Assembly: GCF_964355755.1 (NCBI RefSeq)
Contig: NC_092670.1
Location: 23,732,795 to 23,796,794 of the forward strand
Source of the DNA: Antedon mediterranea
Lineage: Eukaryota; Animalia; Echinodermata
Direction of reading: 5' to 3'
Length of the DNA stretch: 64,000 bases
The position numbers and the translations under genes were made by a program. This document shows, in pieces, positions 26,571-37,000 of this stretch. Position 1 is the stretch's first letter. Every line of letters starts with the position of its first letter. The notes beneath the pieces were generated by a model. The model saw only the letters and a program-made list of their open reading frames with translations. It was not told where the DNA came from and did no database searches.

Positions 26571-29252
26571 AAATTACTGAAAAAAATGACAATGCTGTGG
26601 GTATCAGTGGCTGGATCTCAATGGAGATACAAAAATAAAAAGCGAAAAGCTAAATCAAAACGATAAAGTAAACAGCCAGAAAAGTTAGCAGAGCTTTCGG
26701 ACAACACTAGTCCTTCATCAGTGCAAGTGAAGGAATTTGGATAACGTCATAGTATAAAGCTGGCAAGTGCTGCCTAGGTGGACAGGAATAAAAGAAATAT
26801 AACAAAGGGAGCCAGGGTGGAGTCTGAATAAGAGTAGAAAACAAAGAAGGTAGCTTGGTAGAGATATAAACAATTTTGGAATGAGACTAAAAAACAGCTT
26901 AAATGGTGGTTAATATTGAAACTTAAATTTAGGTAGTCAACGGAATAATTTTACCGATCTGGGAGTATGTTCCTAATGTTAAGTCCAAAAGGTTTTGTGG
27001 TTTTAAGTAGTAATTCCCAGTGGTTTTCTTTGTCTTTGCGAGTTTTGTCGCTCCATTTGATATCGTGGTCTATTGCAATAACTCTGAAATTTGCAATCGA
27101 GTGACCAGCTGAATTAAAAATGTTCGGCTACAGGTTGATCAAGCTTTAATGTTTTGATAGCTGATCTATGTTGTGTCATTCTCATACGGAGAGTGTTTTT
27201 TGTTTCTCCGACGTAGGCTACTGTTTGCCACAAATATTACAGTATATGAGATAAATGACGTTTTTGGTTAGACAATTAATTGATTGTCTTATCCGAAAAA
27301 TGCGGCCAGTTTGGTTACTCTCAAATTTTTCAGTAGAATCAACCAATGAACAAGTTTTGCAAGATTTGCCGCAAAGGTGACTGCCCAAATTGTATACATA
27401 TGTTGTTCTTTAGAAGAGTTTAGCCCTCTATCGTCTACACCCTTGTAAAAAGAGAATTGGAAGCGGCCACACCTCTTTTTTGGGTAAAACAAAATCCATT
27501 AAAAATGTGACAATATGTGGTGCGACAGTTCATATTTTGTTTTAACTGGTTGAAAGAAGAAGACATAAAAAATTGTAGGCCCCACTAATACATATTCTAA
27601 TGTTGATTGGGGTGACCATTAACGATATGAAGCCAAAGTTTGATTTACCGCTTAAAATTATCGACATTTTGAAACTGCTGTGATTTTTTACAAGGTACAC
27701 GAACAGTTTATATTGCACGTACTATTTAGATATTAGTAAGCAAACTAGTGTCATATTTTGTGAATAAAGTATTTGACCCCAAAACCTGCAGAAAACATTT
27801 TGTTTATTATACCAGTGTTTTAGTTCAGATTCCGGATAATGTTCCGGCAATAATTTTAATATCTAACAGGTTAAGGCTCTGTCTACACTATCAAACTTGA
27901 TGTGACAACAAAAGTGTGATGTGCCCATATACGGATATGATGATGTCATATCACTATCATTTTTTTGGCACATCACACTTTTTTTATCAACATAGTTTGA
28001 TACTGTAGACAGAGCTTAAGTAAAGTGTTAGCTGATACCAACATGTATCTGAAAATATCGGCAACACTAGTAGAAAACGATTTAATCCGTAATACAGTAC
28101 GTATATAGACATTGCAATAGGGTTAGGAAGGTGAAGCAAGCTATAAAAACGAACCAATTATAATACATAGATGAAAATATATAAAATTATAAAATAGGTC
28201 AAAAAATCACAATATAATATTTAGGCCTAACATTCAGTCCCAGACGCGATTTTATATAAGCCCCACTATCATTTTCATCCGCCACCTCACGACACCTCAC
28301 CATTGATCCGTATTTTAGGAGGTATGGAATCATACATTTTTATTTCGTAAGAGGAAATAAAAGCGATTGCTTAATTAACCATTTTTAGAATGGTATCTTT
28401 TGAACTTTTATTGACAGAAAAATATACACATTGTCACGCGAAGGTGCAGTTTATAAAACTACCTAAAGCTTAACACCAATCAAGATAAAATATTTATATT
28501 GCAAATAAAGCAATGCCTTATTTAACGTAGCAGGTAAACACAAAAAAAACCTAAAAATATAAACTGAAATTAGCCCTAAAAAAATAATGTTAAAATTGTG
28601 TTGTTGTTGAATTTTGCCATTTAAATGTTGCATAATAGTTATTAACTTTTACAAAGAAAAAAAATAGTAAAATTGTCTGCCAGAAAATGGGCATTTAGTT
28701 AAATTTAACAGTTAATTTTTTTTCTTTACGAGTGAAACCATGTTTGTTTTTTCTATGGAAGTGAATAACTTTATTAAAACCACAAAATGCCCTAATTATA
28801 GTCTTATTTTCATTTCTTCATTTTTAGTATTTTTTTTTGTGGGGGGGGGGGGGGGGGGGGGAGGGGGTAGGGGGGGGGGGGGGGAGGACAATACTTTTAA
28901 AATAAAAAATGTCTTTTCCCAAAACAAATATTGCTAACAGTTCCATAATATTGAGGTACCATTAAATGAAATTAATAGGAGGTTTAAATAAAGCAAAATT
29001 AACATCATTTTCGTCCACGAGACTATCGAGTCATTCGCAATTTTACTGTGCATTTACGGTTTTTTATTAAGGCGTTATGGAAAAAAATTTGCCCTGTCGC
29101 ATTAAACACGAACATGGTACATTACCTAGCTCACCTAGTTGACTTGCAGTCTGAATAACAGGAGGTGATGTTGTGTTGGACCAGACACCGATAATCATCA
29201 ATAAAAACAAGGCTGATATCCGCCATAAACGCCAGATTTCCAGGCCCTTCAT
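1..29252 (-). CDS. Giant MUC4-like multidomain mucin (signal peptide, 6x[PT-repeat+SEA], LDLa, 2 sushi, 2 EGF, NIDO, AMOP, VWD, EGF array, Thr-rich repeats); 3' end outside window
   Basis: 44 exons, transcript order: 29252-29135, 23406-22723, 22612-22485, 22394-22190, 22025-21219, 21108-20981, 20890-20686, 20521-19589, 19478-19351, 19258-19054, 18887-17955, 17844-17717, 17628-17424, 17260-16412, 16301-16174, 16084-15880, 15714-14774, 14566-14362, 14151-14029, 11993-11820, 11590-11414, 11220-11098, 10661-10542, 10226-10084, 9914-9747, 9599-9432, 9040-8542, 8340-8158, 8035-7916, 7790-7588, 7144-7057, 6891-6706, 6409-6296, 6048-5788, 5520-5335, 5205-5021, 4902-4722, 4600-4478, 4351-4229, 3929-3807, 3682-3440, 3158-3036, 2685-2563, 2396-<1. 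All introns are GT-AG except one GC-AG, and phases match. Summed length 13,791 nt is divisible by 3. Confidence 0.9.
2563..5520 (-). CDS. Mucin exons: cadherin/Ig-like linker followed by a tandem EGF/EGF-Ca array
   Basis: NFPPNIT...[13 protein letters not shown]...DGVFTWTP, then [39 protein letters not shown]+DVDEC, DINEC, DINEC; mostly 123-nt phase 1-1 exons. Confidence 0.92.
5788..10226 (-). CDS. Mucin exons: NIDO-AMOP-VWD cassette (MUC4/SUSD2 type)
   Basis: NIDO: [44 protein letters not shown]: CTDW...[35 protein letters not shown]...C..YQPP. VWD: [27 protein letters not shown]...[20 protein letters not shown]. Confidence 0.92.
10542..11993 (-). CDS. Mucin exons: two sushi/CCP domains and two Ca-binding EGF domains
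   Basis: Sushi-like: ...[30 protein letters not shown]... and [10 protein letters not shown]...[13 protein letters not shown]...CIDGMY...C. EGF-Ca: [13 protein letters not shown]... and [10 protein letters not shown]... All four are symmetric phase-1 exons. Confidence 0.85.
12265..13950 (+). mobile_element. 5'-truncated, degenerate L2/CR1-group LINE (reverse transcriptase), antisense within a mucin intron
   Basis: [87 protein letters not shown]...AP.LWN.LP. Frameshift near 12690-12700 and stop at 12968-12970. L2-type 3' end GCGCCTTGAG...GCGCTATAAAAAT followed by a (TAT)n tail at ~13927-13950. Confidence 0.92.
14029..14151 (-). CDS. Mucin exon: LDL-receptor class A domain
   Basis: [41 protein letters not shown] with the DCxDxxDE motif; 123-nt phase 1-1 exon, absent from the ORF track. 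Confidence 0.85.
14362..23406 (-). repeat. Tandem array of six exon-intron modules (~1.5-1.63 kb), each encoding 14-aa Pro/Thr repeats plus a SEA domain
   Basis: The 205-nt SEA C-half exons start at 14362, 15880, 17424, 19054, 20686 and 22190, and the introns are duplicated too. The 42-bp subrepeat reads [14 protein letters not shown] / [14 protein letters not shown]. Exon sizes 807, 849, 933 and 933 differ by multiples of 42. Each SEA carries FTSGSIIA. Confidence 0.93.
23450..23490 (-). mobile_element. Helitron-type 3' terminus (hairpin plus CTAG|T)
   Basis: Perfect 15-bp stem AACTAGATGGTACGC / GCGTACCATCTAGTT with an 11-nt loop that reads GAGCGAAGCGA on the minus strand, ending CTAG followed by T. 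The 5' end is not established; one candidate is A|TC at 28485. Confidence 0.55.
24660..25072 (-). mobile_element. Penelope-like element 3' fragment (family B): ORF C-terminus plus 3' region with a hammerhead
   Basis: 25070-24903 translates as [55 protein letters not shown], resembling the C-terminus of PLE GIY-YIG ORFs. A hammerhead and AATAAA follow downstream. Confidence 0.75.
24706..24749 (-). ncRNA. Minimal type I hammerhead ribozyme (PLE-associated)
   Basis: GCAC CTGAAGA TTGAG-TTCATA-CTCAT GAAA CAG C CT GTA GTGC: complete CUGAnGA and GAAA core, stem I GCAC/GTGC, stem II TGAG/CTCA, short stem III, GUA cleavage triplet. Confidence 0.75.
25089..25240 (+). mobile_element. Penelope-like pseudo-LTR copy (family A) with a probably inactive hammerhead at 25090-25123
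   Basis: ~150-bp inverted copy of 26568-26722. CTGATGA A GGGC-TAGTGTT-GCCC GAAA GC TG: the cleavage triplet reads CUG rather than CUC, and stem I is truncated. Confidence 0.75.
25494..25565 (-). tRNA. tRNA-like cloverleaf (anticodon ATC, Asp-like); repeat-borne, probably not a canonical tRNA
   Basis: GCCCCAG TG GTCT AAAGGTTA GGAC A TCTGC ATATCAA GCAGG CGGT CCGAG TTCGAGA CTCGG TTGGGGC G: all four stems pair, A-like and B boxes are present, and TTTTT lies 2 nt downstream of the discriminator. A32 and the AUC anticodon are atypical. Confidence 0.5.
25634..26008. mobile_element. 375-bp MITE with ~50-bp TIRs and a 9-bp TSD (Mutator/MULE-like), carrying a degenerate tRNA-like Pol III cassette
   Basis: TSD CGGCGGAAC at 25625-25633 and 26009-26017; the empty site is visible in the neighbouring repeat units. 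TIR GCGT..T-run CCAGGACGAACGTGGGCAGAA.TCATGAATAATTCAT. Internal TGGTCTAGTGG, GGTTCGAGG and a T-run at ~25785-25859. Confidence 0.88.
26242..26313 (-). tRNA. Second copy of the tRNA-like cloverleaf (anticodon ATC)
   Basis: Same as 25494-25565 with 3 substitutions. A box TGGTCTAATGG, B box GTTCGAGTC; the T-stem C-G becomes U-G and still pairs. Confidence 0.5.
26568..27290 (-). mobile_element. Penelope-like element 3' fragment (family A): degenerate GIY-YIG endonuclease plus pseudo-LTR
   Basis: 27290-26951 reads [72 protein letters not shown]...[18 protein letters not shown], with two frame disruptions. The element ends at the (TA)n tract 26535-26567. Confidence 0.88.
26688..26724 (-). ncRNA. 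Minimal hammerhead ribozyme in a PLE pseudo-LTR
   Basis: GCA CTGATGA A GGAC-TAGTGTT-GTCC GAAA GC TC TGC: intact core, stem I GCA/TGC, palindromic AGCT in place of stem III, CUC cleavage triplet. Stem II differs from the 25090 copy by a compensatory pair (GGAC/GTCC vs GGGC/GCCC). Confidence 0.78.
27875..28016. mobile_element. Short MITE with TAA target duplication (PIF/Harbinger-like)
   Basis: TAA|GGCTCTGTCTACACTATCAAACT ... AGTTTGATACTGTAGACAGAGCT|TAA. Related partial copies occur at ~52530-52640 and ~54203-54350. Confidence 0.8.
28842..28885 (+). repeat. Poly-G tract (G-quadruplex-capable) near the 5' end of mucin intron 1
   Basis: About 40 G interrupted only by A and TA. A shorter G-run lies at ~7356-7371. 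Confidence 0.8.
29135..29252 (-). CDS. First coding exon of the mucin, encoding a signal peptide
   Basis: [39 protein letters not shown]: basic n-region, hydrophobic core, small residue at the cleavage site. Ends G|GTGAGC (phase 1), matching the phase-1 acceptor at 23406. A second phase-1 donor (G|GTAATG) lies 9 nt further on. Confidence 0.75.
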
Positions 29253-31911
29253 AGTAAAAATCTCAGACTCTTGATTCTTATTCACACTTTCTCTATTACG
29301 TACCTGTTGAGTCTTAGCACAGAGAAAGATGACAGAACTTGGGCTACTCTCTGTGAGTTACTTAACAGTAACAAAAGGAAGATTACAAAATTCCTAAAGG
29401 ACAATGACCTTTTGTTGTTATGGCCGTATTGATGGTGTACTAAAGAACATAATAGGCCTACTAAACGCATTGTTTGACTAAAACTAGCCAACGTACCACT
29501 TTGACTAAAGGTACGGTGTCGTTTAGTATTTTGTGTGTGCTAAAAGGTACGGTAAGATACCGGTATATTGTTTCATGTTCAACAATAACAAGAGGTAGAC
29601 CAATATTATGTCATTTCAGTTCAGTATAATGCTTAAAATATAAAAAAAAAATCAAAAAAAAAAATCATACAATTGTTAGCTAATGTATTAGATAACCTAT
29701 AATAACATAAAAATAGTAACTAAGCACCTATATTATACTGTAGCATACACTTTTTTTTGCGTATGTACAAGTATTGAAATTTTATTTAATGAATTCCTAC
29801 ACCAGCCTCCTACTTCGTTTTAATCATCACCTAAATAAGAATTATATCACATTTTATTGGTAATAATATCTAGGCTAATCAACAATATTAGTATTAGCAT
29901 TTTGTATCAGTATAACTTAATAATAAGAGTGTACTACACTCAAAACCCAGTCAGAACATATTTGGAGAATTCTCGTATTATTTTAATTATTCAACGTTAT
30001 AATTCTGAAGTTATTTCCTGTGTTCTGTAACTTTGACTTGAAGTATTTAATAAATCTAAACCATTCAAGTCAAAATCTGTCTTTATAACCATTGGCATGT
30101 GATCTTATACGCAAACGAATACAGTCTTACGTCATTGTCTAAATAAGGGCGTAAGAGGATTACCGTACCAATAGACAAGGACTAGTAGACGATAATTAAT
30201 ACCTCCTTTCTATAGACAAAGTCTCGATGAATTAAGAAGCTGATTTCTTTTGTGTGTTGAAACATATTAAAACGTCACCACAAAAATGTGTAGTAGTGAA
30301 ATGCAATGCTTTATTTGACTCTTTTTTCCTGCAAAGGTCGAAAAAATATTTCGAAAGTCTTTTAGTCATGGATGGTCTTTTCTATGTTAAAGCAACATTC
30401 ACACCAAGCTGGAATCCGGGCACAGCAACTGACTATAACTGACGTGTGAACGCCTATTACTGTATTCTTTTAACGTCATACTAATTTGTCACGATTCTCT
30501 CCGACCATGTACCAATCGAATGCGGGATTTTTGGTATGAACTGAACCATTGTGACTTTCTCATATTTATATCTTAACACCTAACTTGTTAGTACAGTATA
30601 TACGTACCATTACATTTTTAAATCAGCCGCCTGATGACATGGTCAGCTGTTGTCGAACAAACCGTGTACGTAACGTTTACGTTCTGAGAGGCCTAGGAAA
30701 ATAGAGTCTTGAAAAAATATGTTGATTTCCAATAAAATAGATTTAGAATCGATTGCAATCGATATTATTTTGTAAGATTTGGTGAAGTTGTGAGTGAATT
30801 TTAGCTTTAAAATAAAAATATTAACGGTTTATTTAAAAAACATAAAAATCAATTCCGTAATGTAACGGCTCAAACGTTTCGTTCAGTTACGACTGTGACC
30901 ATGCTTGTCAAAATGGTATTAATTCATATCATAGATGCTATGTAGTACCGTATGCATATGTTTTTTAAATCATTATTTGATTTTAAATACATATTTCCTA
31001 TGGCTTATTTTCGACATATTAGGTTCATTATTATTGTTACAACTTACGTGTGTTATTGATATAATGCCACCACATATTGTGAAATCACGCATGATAATGA
31101 AAGGTATAAAAGAGTAGGCCTATAATGAAAAAAAATACATAAACAAAAGAGAGACTGATTTGTATATGCCTCCAGGAAAATTTAATGAAATTTGTAAAAA
31201 CAAAAGATGAGAAATTTAAAGAGCAAACAAAAAATATTATCATCGGCAATTTAGGAAGACAGTACAAGATGCCACGTTTTAACATTTTATTTCTTAGTAC
31301 ATAAGCTGGTATATTGAGTAAGGAATTAGGAAAACTATTAATTTTTACACTTTATATTCGAACATTTTTACATTGTTTTTCCCATCAAATTGCTACTTAC
31401 AACAAGCCTATAGAGTAATACATATAGGTTTGTCTACATTGAGAGGTTCTAGAGGTATTTAGTAATGTGTTTTGTTGTGGGTCCCTGCGAGACAAGTTCT
31501 TAACTTCTAGAAGGGATCCATGATAATAATGACTACCGATTACTGTTTTATTATCTATGTTCAGTTTAATATCTTTTTTCTATTTTGTATATTTTCATTC
31601 ATTATTATCTAAATAAATGTTATCTGAATAGCGAGCTCTCGTTTTGGGACGGTAGACAGAATAATCGACGAGATTTGTCTCTTTAATTACTTTCGCAGTA
31701 TTGGTTTCGTAACCATTCATAAGATGTCATATTCATTGTCCAATGACGACACAGAAGTATGCATTATTACAGGCTGGCAATACATGGTTATGTATGTCTA
31801 CTACTAGCACTATCCATTACCATGACGGAAGAGGAGGGAACACCCATTTCTGAACATTTCCTTGTACGAAAGAGTAAACGGGACCGTAAATAAATGTATA
31901 GTACATAATTT

Positions 31912-34045
31912 TTACATCTCTACAACGTCAGCGGTTCTGTCGTCATACACCCGACCTCGCATGTATGGCGATCCGTGAATGATTGTAAACTGGGTGCCAT
32001 CTGGAGAATTTGTCTTCGAGCTGCGCATGGACTCGGACGCACGAGTCCGCATCTGCTCGTCTTTAACTGTATTGGTAGCGTGGTGTATATATAGATACAT
32101 AGCAGACACACCAGACATTTCACTCAATGGAAATGCTAGAGAGATGACACCGAACGACGCCGAAAAGTAATATGAAAAAACTTCTTCACCACTTCGCGGT
32201 GAGTTTTCGTCCACTGCATGGTTGATACAAGAACAGAATACTATCAGACTTATCATCATAAGCAGACCTGGAAAGAATAATAGTAAACTTTTCTAACATA
32301 ATTTGTATATTATTAGCCATCTAAATCTGTCTAGTGATATTATAGCTAAATTCCGTGATAGAACCTCTTATTTGTTTCTCATGTAACACCTGTATCATAT
32401 ACTGAAACATACCGTAACCTTTAACCTAAGCTTCCATGATGATACAGGCACCACCACATAATCATGATAGACATGTGATGCTGAATTACGGAATTTACTT
32501 ATGATACGGAAACAATATTGTCATATGTTGAGATACAATACTCAGAATTACAACCTTTTCAACAACCAACTTCCAGACAGTATAATGGAATGGAATAATT
32601 GTTAGTTCAATGTTTTGCCCTAGGTAGGCCTACTTTATATTATAAAGAACTTACTTACTTACCTGAAATGATAAATATTAAACCGGCTATGAAAATCCAA
32701 TGGCGTCTACTGGATGTTACTCCATCTGTCAATCCAAATGTCGCCATAGCACACCCAATGATCATAAAGAACATACCAGCAAATACAAGAGATGTTGTCT
32801 TACGAATACTCTCTAAAATCAGTCACAATAAGTTTTAATTTATTGTAAGTTTCATAATAAATATCCCAACAGTAACTTTTTTTCTGCTAAAAATAGCAAT
32901 GCAGTATTATCATTTATGGATATATTTTAAACAAGATATTATATTAATAAAATGTGATTCTTTTCAAAAGAGAGAAAGGTAAACAACATTGGTGGAAAAG
33001 ATAAAATTGTTTCTTTGTATAAGGAATTCTTTTACAAATTGCGTTCAATAAAATTGTTTTTACAAACTAATGCATCCACCGGCAAACATAAAACAAGATG
33101 AGTGCTTGTTGAGATTTTAAAATTCAAGACACTGTGTTGATTTCGTAAATCGTTTTATGGCGCACGGATTATAGAAAATACTTACCGAGAACTGCCGAAT
33201 TTACGTTTGGTGGCGGAGCAATAAATTCAAAGTTGACATAAGGTATTTTTGCACATTCATTAATCTTGATTGAGCCTGTAAAATAGATCACAACAGAATC
33301 TTAGTCTCAACTTTTTTTTGCTTCAAAATTCAATTAACAAAAACAAATAAAAAAGGTGTTTGGACAAAATAGGAGTGGAAGATAACAGTATACAAAGTTT
33401 CTTCAGTTAGACCTCTAATTAGACCTCTAATTGCAGACCTTAAATTGAAACTCTTAGATTAAGATGTTACACCAAAGAATCCAGTTGTAGCTCTTCTTGA
33501 AGGCTGTTTCTAAATAAAGACCACTTAAGTTTCCAATTTGAAACCTATAGTATAGTAGTTTGGTATCATGTAATTTTTATTTAAAAAATATATAGTAAAA
33601 GATTTTTAAATACATTTACTACGGTACTAGTGCATATAGCCTTGTAAACCTGATTTCAGTGAAAATGTCATTTATTTGAAATTTTAATATGAAGTCTAAA
33701 ATGGTCCTATGATGGTACCGAAACGTCGATCTCTCTTTTTGTCATTCAATTTTATATTGAAATTATATAGTAAACGTCTTTTAATTATAAATAAAGTGAA
33801 ATCTAAATTCTTGTTATCAGTACTTTTTTAAAGAAATAGTACAAATAAATAAAATATGCAATTAAAAAAAAAGTTTCTTCAGGTGTGGAAAAGTTTAATT
33901 GGATTTCAATTTAGGAATACAAATACAAGTAAAGTTTTATCTCAAAATTAAATTATACAAAATAAATTAAATACTTTTACTAACGTGAGAATTCTAGCAG
34001 CATAATGTATTTATTCTATTATTTATTCAATTATTCAAACTTTAT

Positions 34046-34084
<39 letters not shown>

Positions 34085-37000
34085 TATTGTATATATATAT
34101 CGTATATTCTAATTGATTGATATTCTGATTATGATTAATTTTAAAGAAGAAGTCACAACCAAAATAAAACTTTTTAATTAAAAAGAAAAAGAAATAATTG
34201 TTACTGAATCAATCTTAAAAGTTAACTATATATAATCCAAGAGCATATATTGAAAGTCAAACTAAAAATAAATCTCATTTTGAAATTTAAATGTCGTTAG
34301 AATTGAAAAATGATTGAAATTTCAAATTACATTTCTGCTTGTCATTGCAAAGTGTGAAATTAATGAGTTATACTGACCGTTCTTCACTGTATGTGTTTCT
34401 GTTGGTGCGGGTGTATCTGTAACACCGTCATCATTATTTTTTTTCCATTTATTTCGATGAATCCAAATATGTTGAACTAGAAAATAAAGAGAAAATGATC
34501 GTGAACTTTGCGAACTGACTCGGAGTGGTCGTGCCAGATTATCTTTCTCTGATCGATTCGGTTTTTATTATCACAAAGGCTAATTGAGGTCGTTATAAAT
34601 CTACAAGTAATATATGAACAACTGTAAATATAATGTGAAATTTACTATTGTGTTATTTTTCAGATGAACATTCTTTAACATGTACGAGTCTAGTCTGCTA
34701 TACACGTATAAACTTAATTAAATTAAATATTGGCTTGTCAGACGAGCAAAATCAAAACGTACAATATAGTTTTCTATGATCCATTTATTTGGTCACATAC
34801 TAAAAATGCCTAAAATAAAAAAAAAACTGCTATGTTGACGGCGATAATTCTTAAACAGTAACCGATTCCTACTAAAAGAACAAGCAAGAGCAAGAAGTTG
34901 TTTTAACTCCCAACCAATTTACGGAACTCTTTGAAAATGTAATTTGGACGAAAAGTAATGATGTAGGCGCAGCTCAAGAAATTCGAAAAATCACAATCAG
35001 CGTGATAGGTCAGTTACTTGTGCGTTTTACGACCGCGCGCAACCTAATTATCTGGCCGACACACTGGGTAAAAAGAACTATTTCTAAACATCGAACGACA
35101 ATGGAGAGATATAATCCAGTAGGCCTACAGATGAATGACTGTTAGCTCTCAACTCAGATGTTTTAAAAACTGTGATTATTATATTATTTATTTGTCATCC
35201 ATCATAGAATAAAAGCCGCTGTTAACCAGCAAAGACTAACAGTAATCTAATGGGATTCAGTGACATTTATAGGCCGCCGTCAGAGAACAACGTCAACTAT
35301 GAGAACCAGACGGACACATTAACTTGATCAACTCCTTTGCTTAAAACAACACAACTAAAACATAAAATAATATATTTTTATTCTTATTGTGTTCTTACGA
35401 TTTCCGTACCAGGCAAAGAATTGTATATATGCCAATTTTAGTTATTTCTCAATACATTGTGACGCCTGTATCATAGAATTACGCCTAATTAACCTAACCA
35501 TTAACACAATAGAGGCGTCATACGTGTGATACATATGTTACACTGTATTACAGATGCCAATGATACTGACAGTTAATGCATACACACAGAGAACCGGGTG
35601 AATACTGTATGTAATACTGATATGCGTGCAAATTCAGGGTATTATTTTAATGTAATATTAATCTAACAATTATATGTTTTTAATAGATTTTCAAAAAGTT
35701 ATAATCATTACATAGCATTGTGATGCATTGCTTAGTGTACTTTTGTCTCTTGAAAGCCATAAGTATGCATTGCAGTGCTTTTAAAACATTTGTGCTTAGA
35801 GTAAGAAGAACAAAATCAAAGTCTACTAATTTAAAAATAATCTTTACATGCCACCGGCACCAAATTCAATAATGATACAAATATCACAAATTACAATTTT
35901 TATGAATATCATTTCTTGTTTTATTATTCTATATTTTAATAACATATTCCAGGGAATATTTTACTGAAAGACGAGATAGCATGACAGTCACGTTATAGCT
36001 TCTCAATTATAGATCACTTGGAAATTATGAATCTCATTTTCTGCGCTTGACACTCTCTTTGGTCTCTGGAGGCAACGCGGCTTATTATCTCAGTCTCTGA
36101 ATAAAATCTCCCGATAAATTGCAATATCACCGAATGTGAAATATTCTATATTGAAATTACAAAACAAGAAGCTAAGAATTGTAAGGAACGTTGGCATGAT
36201 GAAGTTACAACGATGGGTATCGGGTTTGGCTCGATACACCCTTCCAGCAATTAATATTGATGGGAGGGGGTATTAATGAGGTAACTTACCTTACCAAGTT
36301 ATATTGTTATTCATTCCGTGGTAAACTATTTTAAAACTAAATTATTATTCTATTCTATGGATTATTTCTTACCAACGATTTCTTATAAACGATGGTATAT
36401 TAAATAAATGATCTTTAAATTGATTTAATAACCAAATTGATATTATAGATACTATTAGTATAACACTCTAATTAGCATATCCAATTGTTATTATAAACGA
36501 ACAGTAAATAATATGCTTCGAGTATGCTATATAAATGATACGCCTGACTGTGTTTATATCCATCATCGCTCGTAAATTGTGATAACATATGGTATTATAT
36601 TTCGATTTGAATAAAAATCTATTTGGAAATACATCCGAATTGGCAGTGACATTAAATGTAAATACATTTGTGACGGCAGTAAATACAATGGTTACGATTT
36701 AAATAAACTAGTTTATACGAATTATTCTTCATTAATAAAATATATAAAAATATTATTGATTTTATATTTTAATACTTTGTAGAGAGAAATAGAAAATATA
36801 TATTTTCAGAAAAAAGTAGTTATACCGTTGACGCACTAGAATAAATAAACTAGAAATGCACTCCGAGAGTGCATACCTCCGCCAAGGAGGTATGCTGCAA
36901 ATAGTAACAGAATGACATTAATTAACTAACAATATTTTCAGTTTACTAACAATAGAACAATTATTACATTTGAACATTTTAGGAAAAGTCGAAGGGGTGG

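Noticed and set aside
28740-28937. ORF with a poly-glycine run
   Set aside because: Translation of the poly-G tract in an intron; homopolymer length is also error-prone.
33693-33732. Hammerhead-like remnant (...GGTACC GAAACGTC GA)
   Set aside because: The CUGAnGA box is not intact (CTAAAA) and no PLE ORF is adjacent; at most a decayed fragment.
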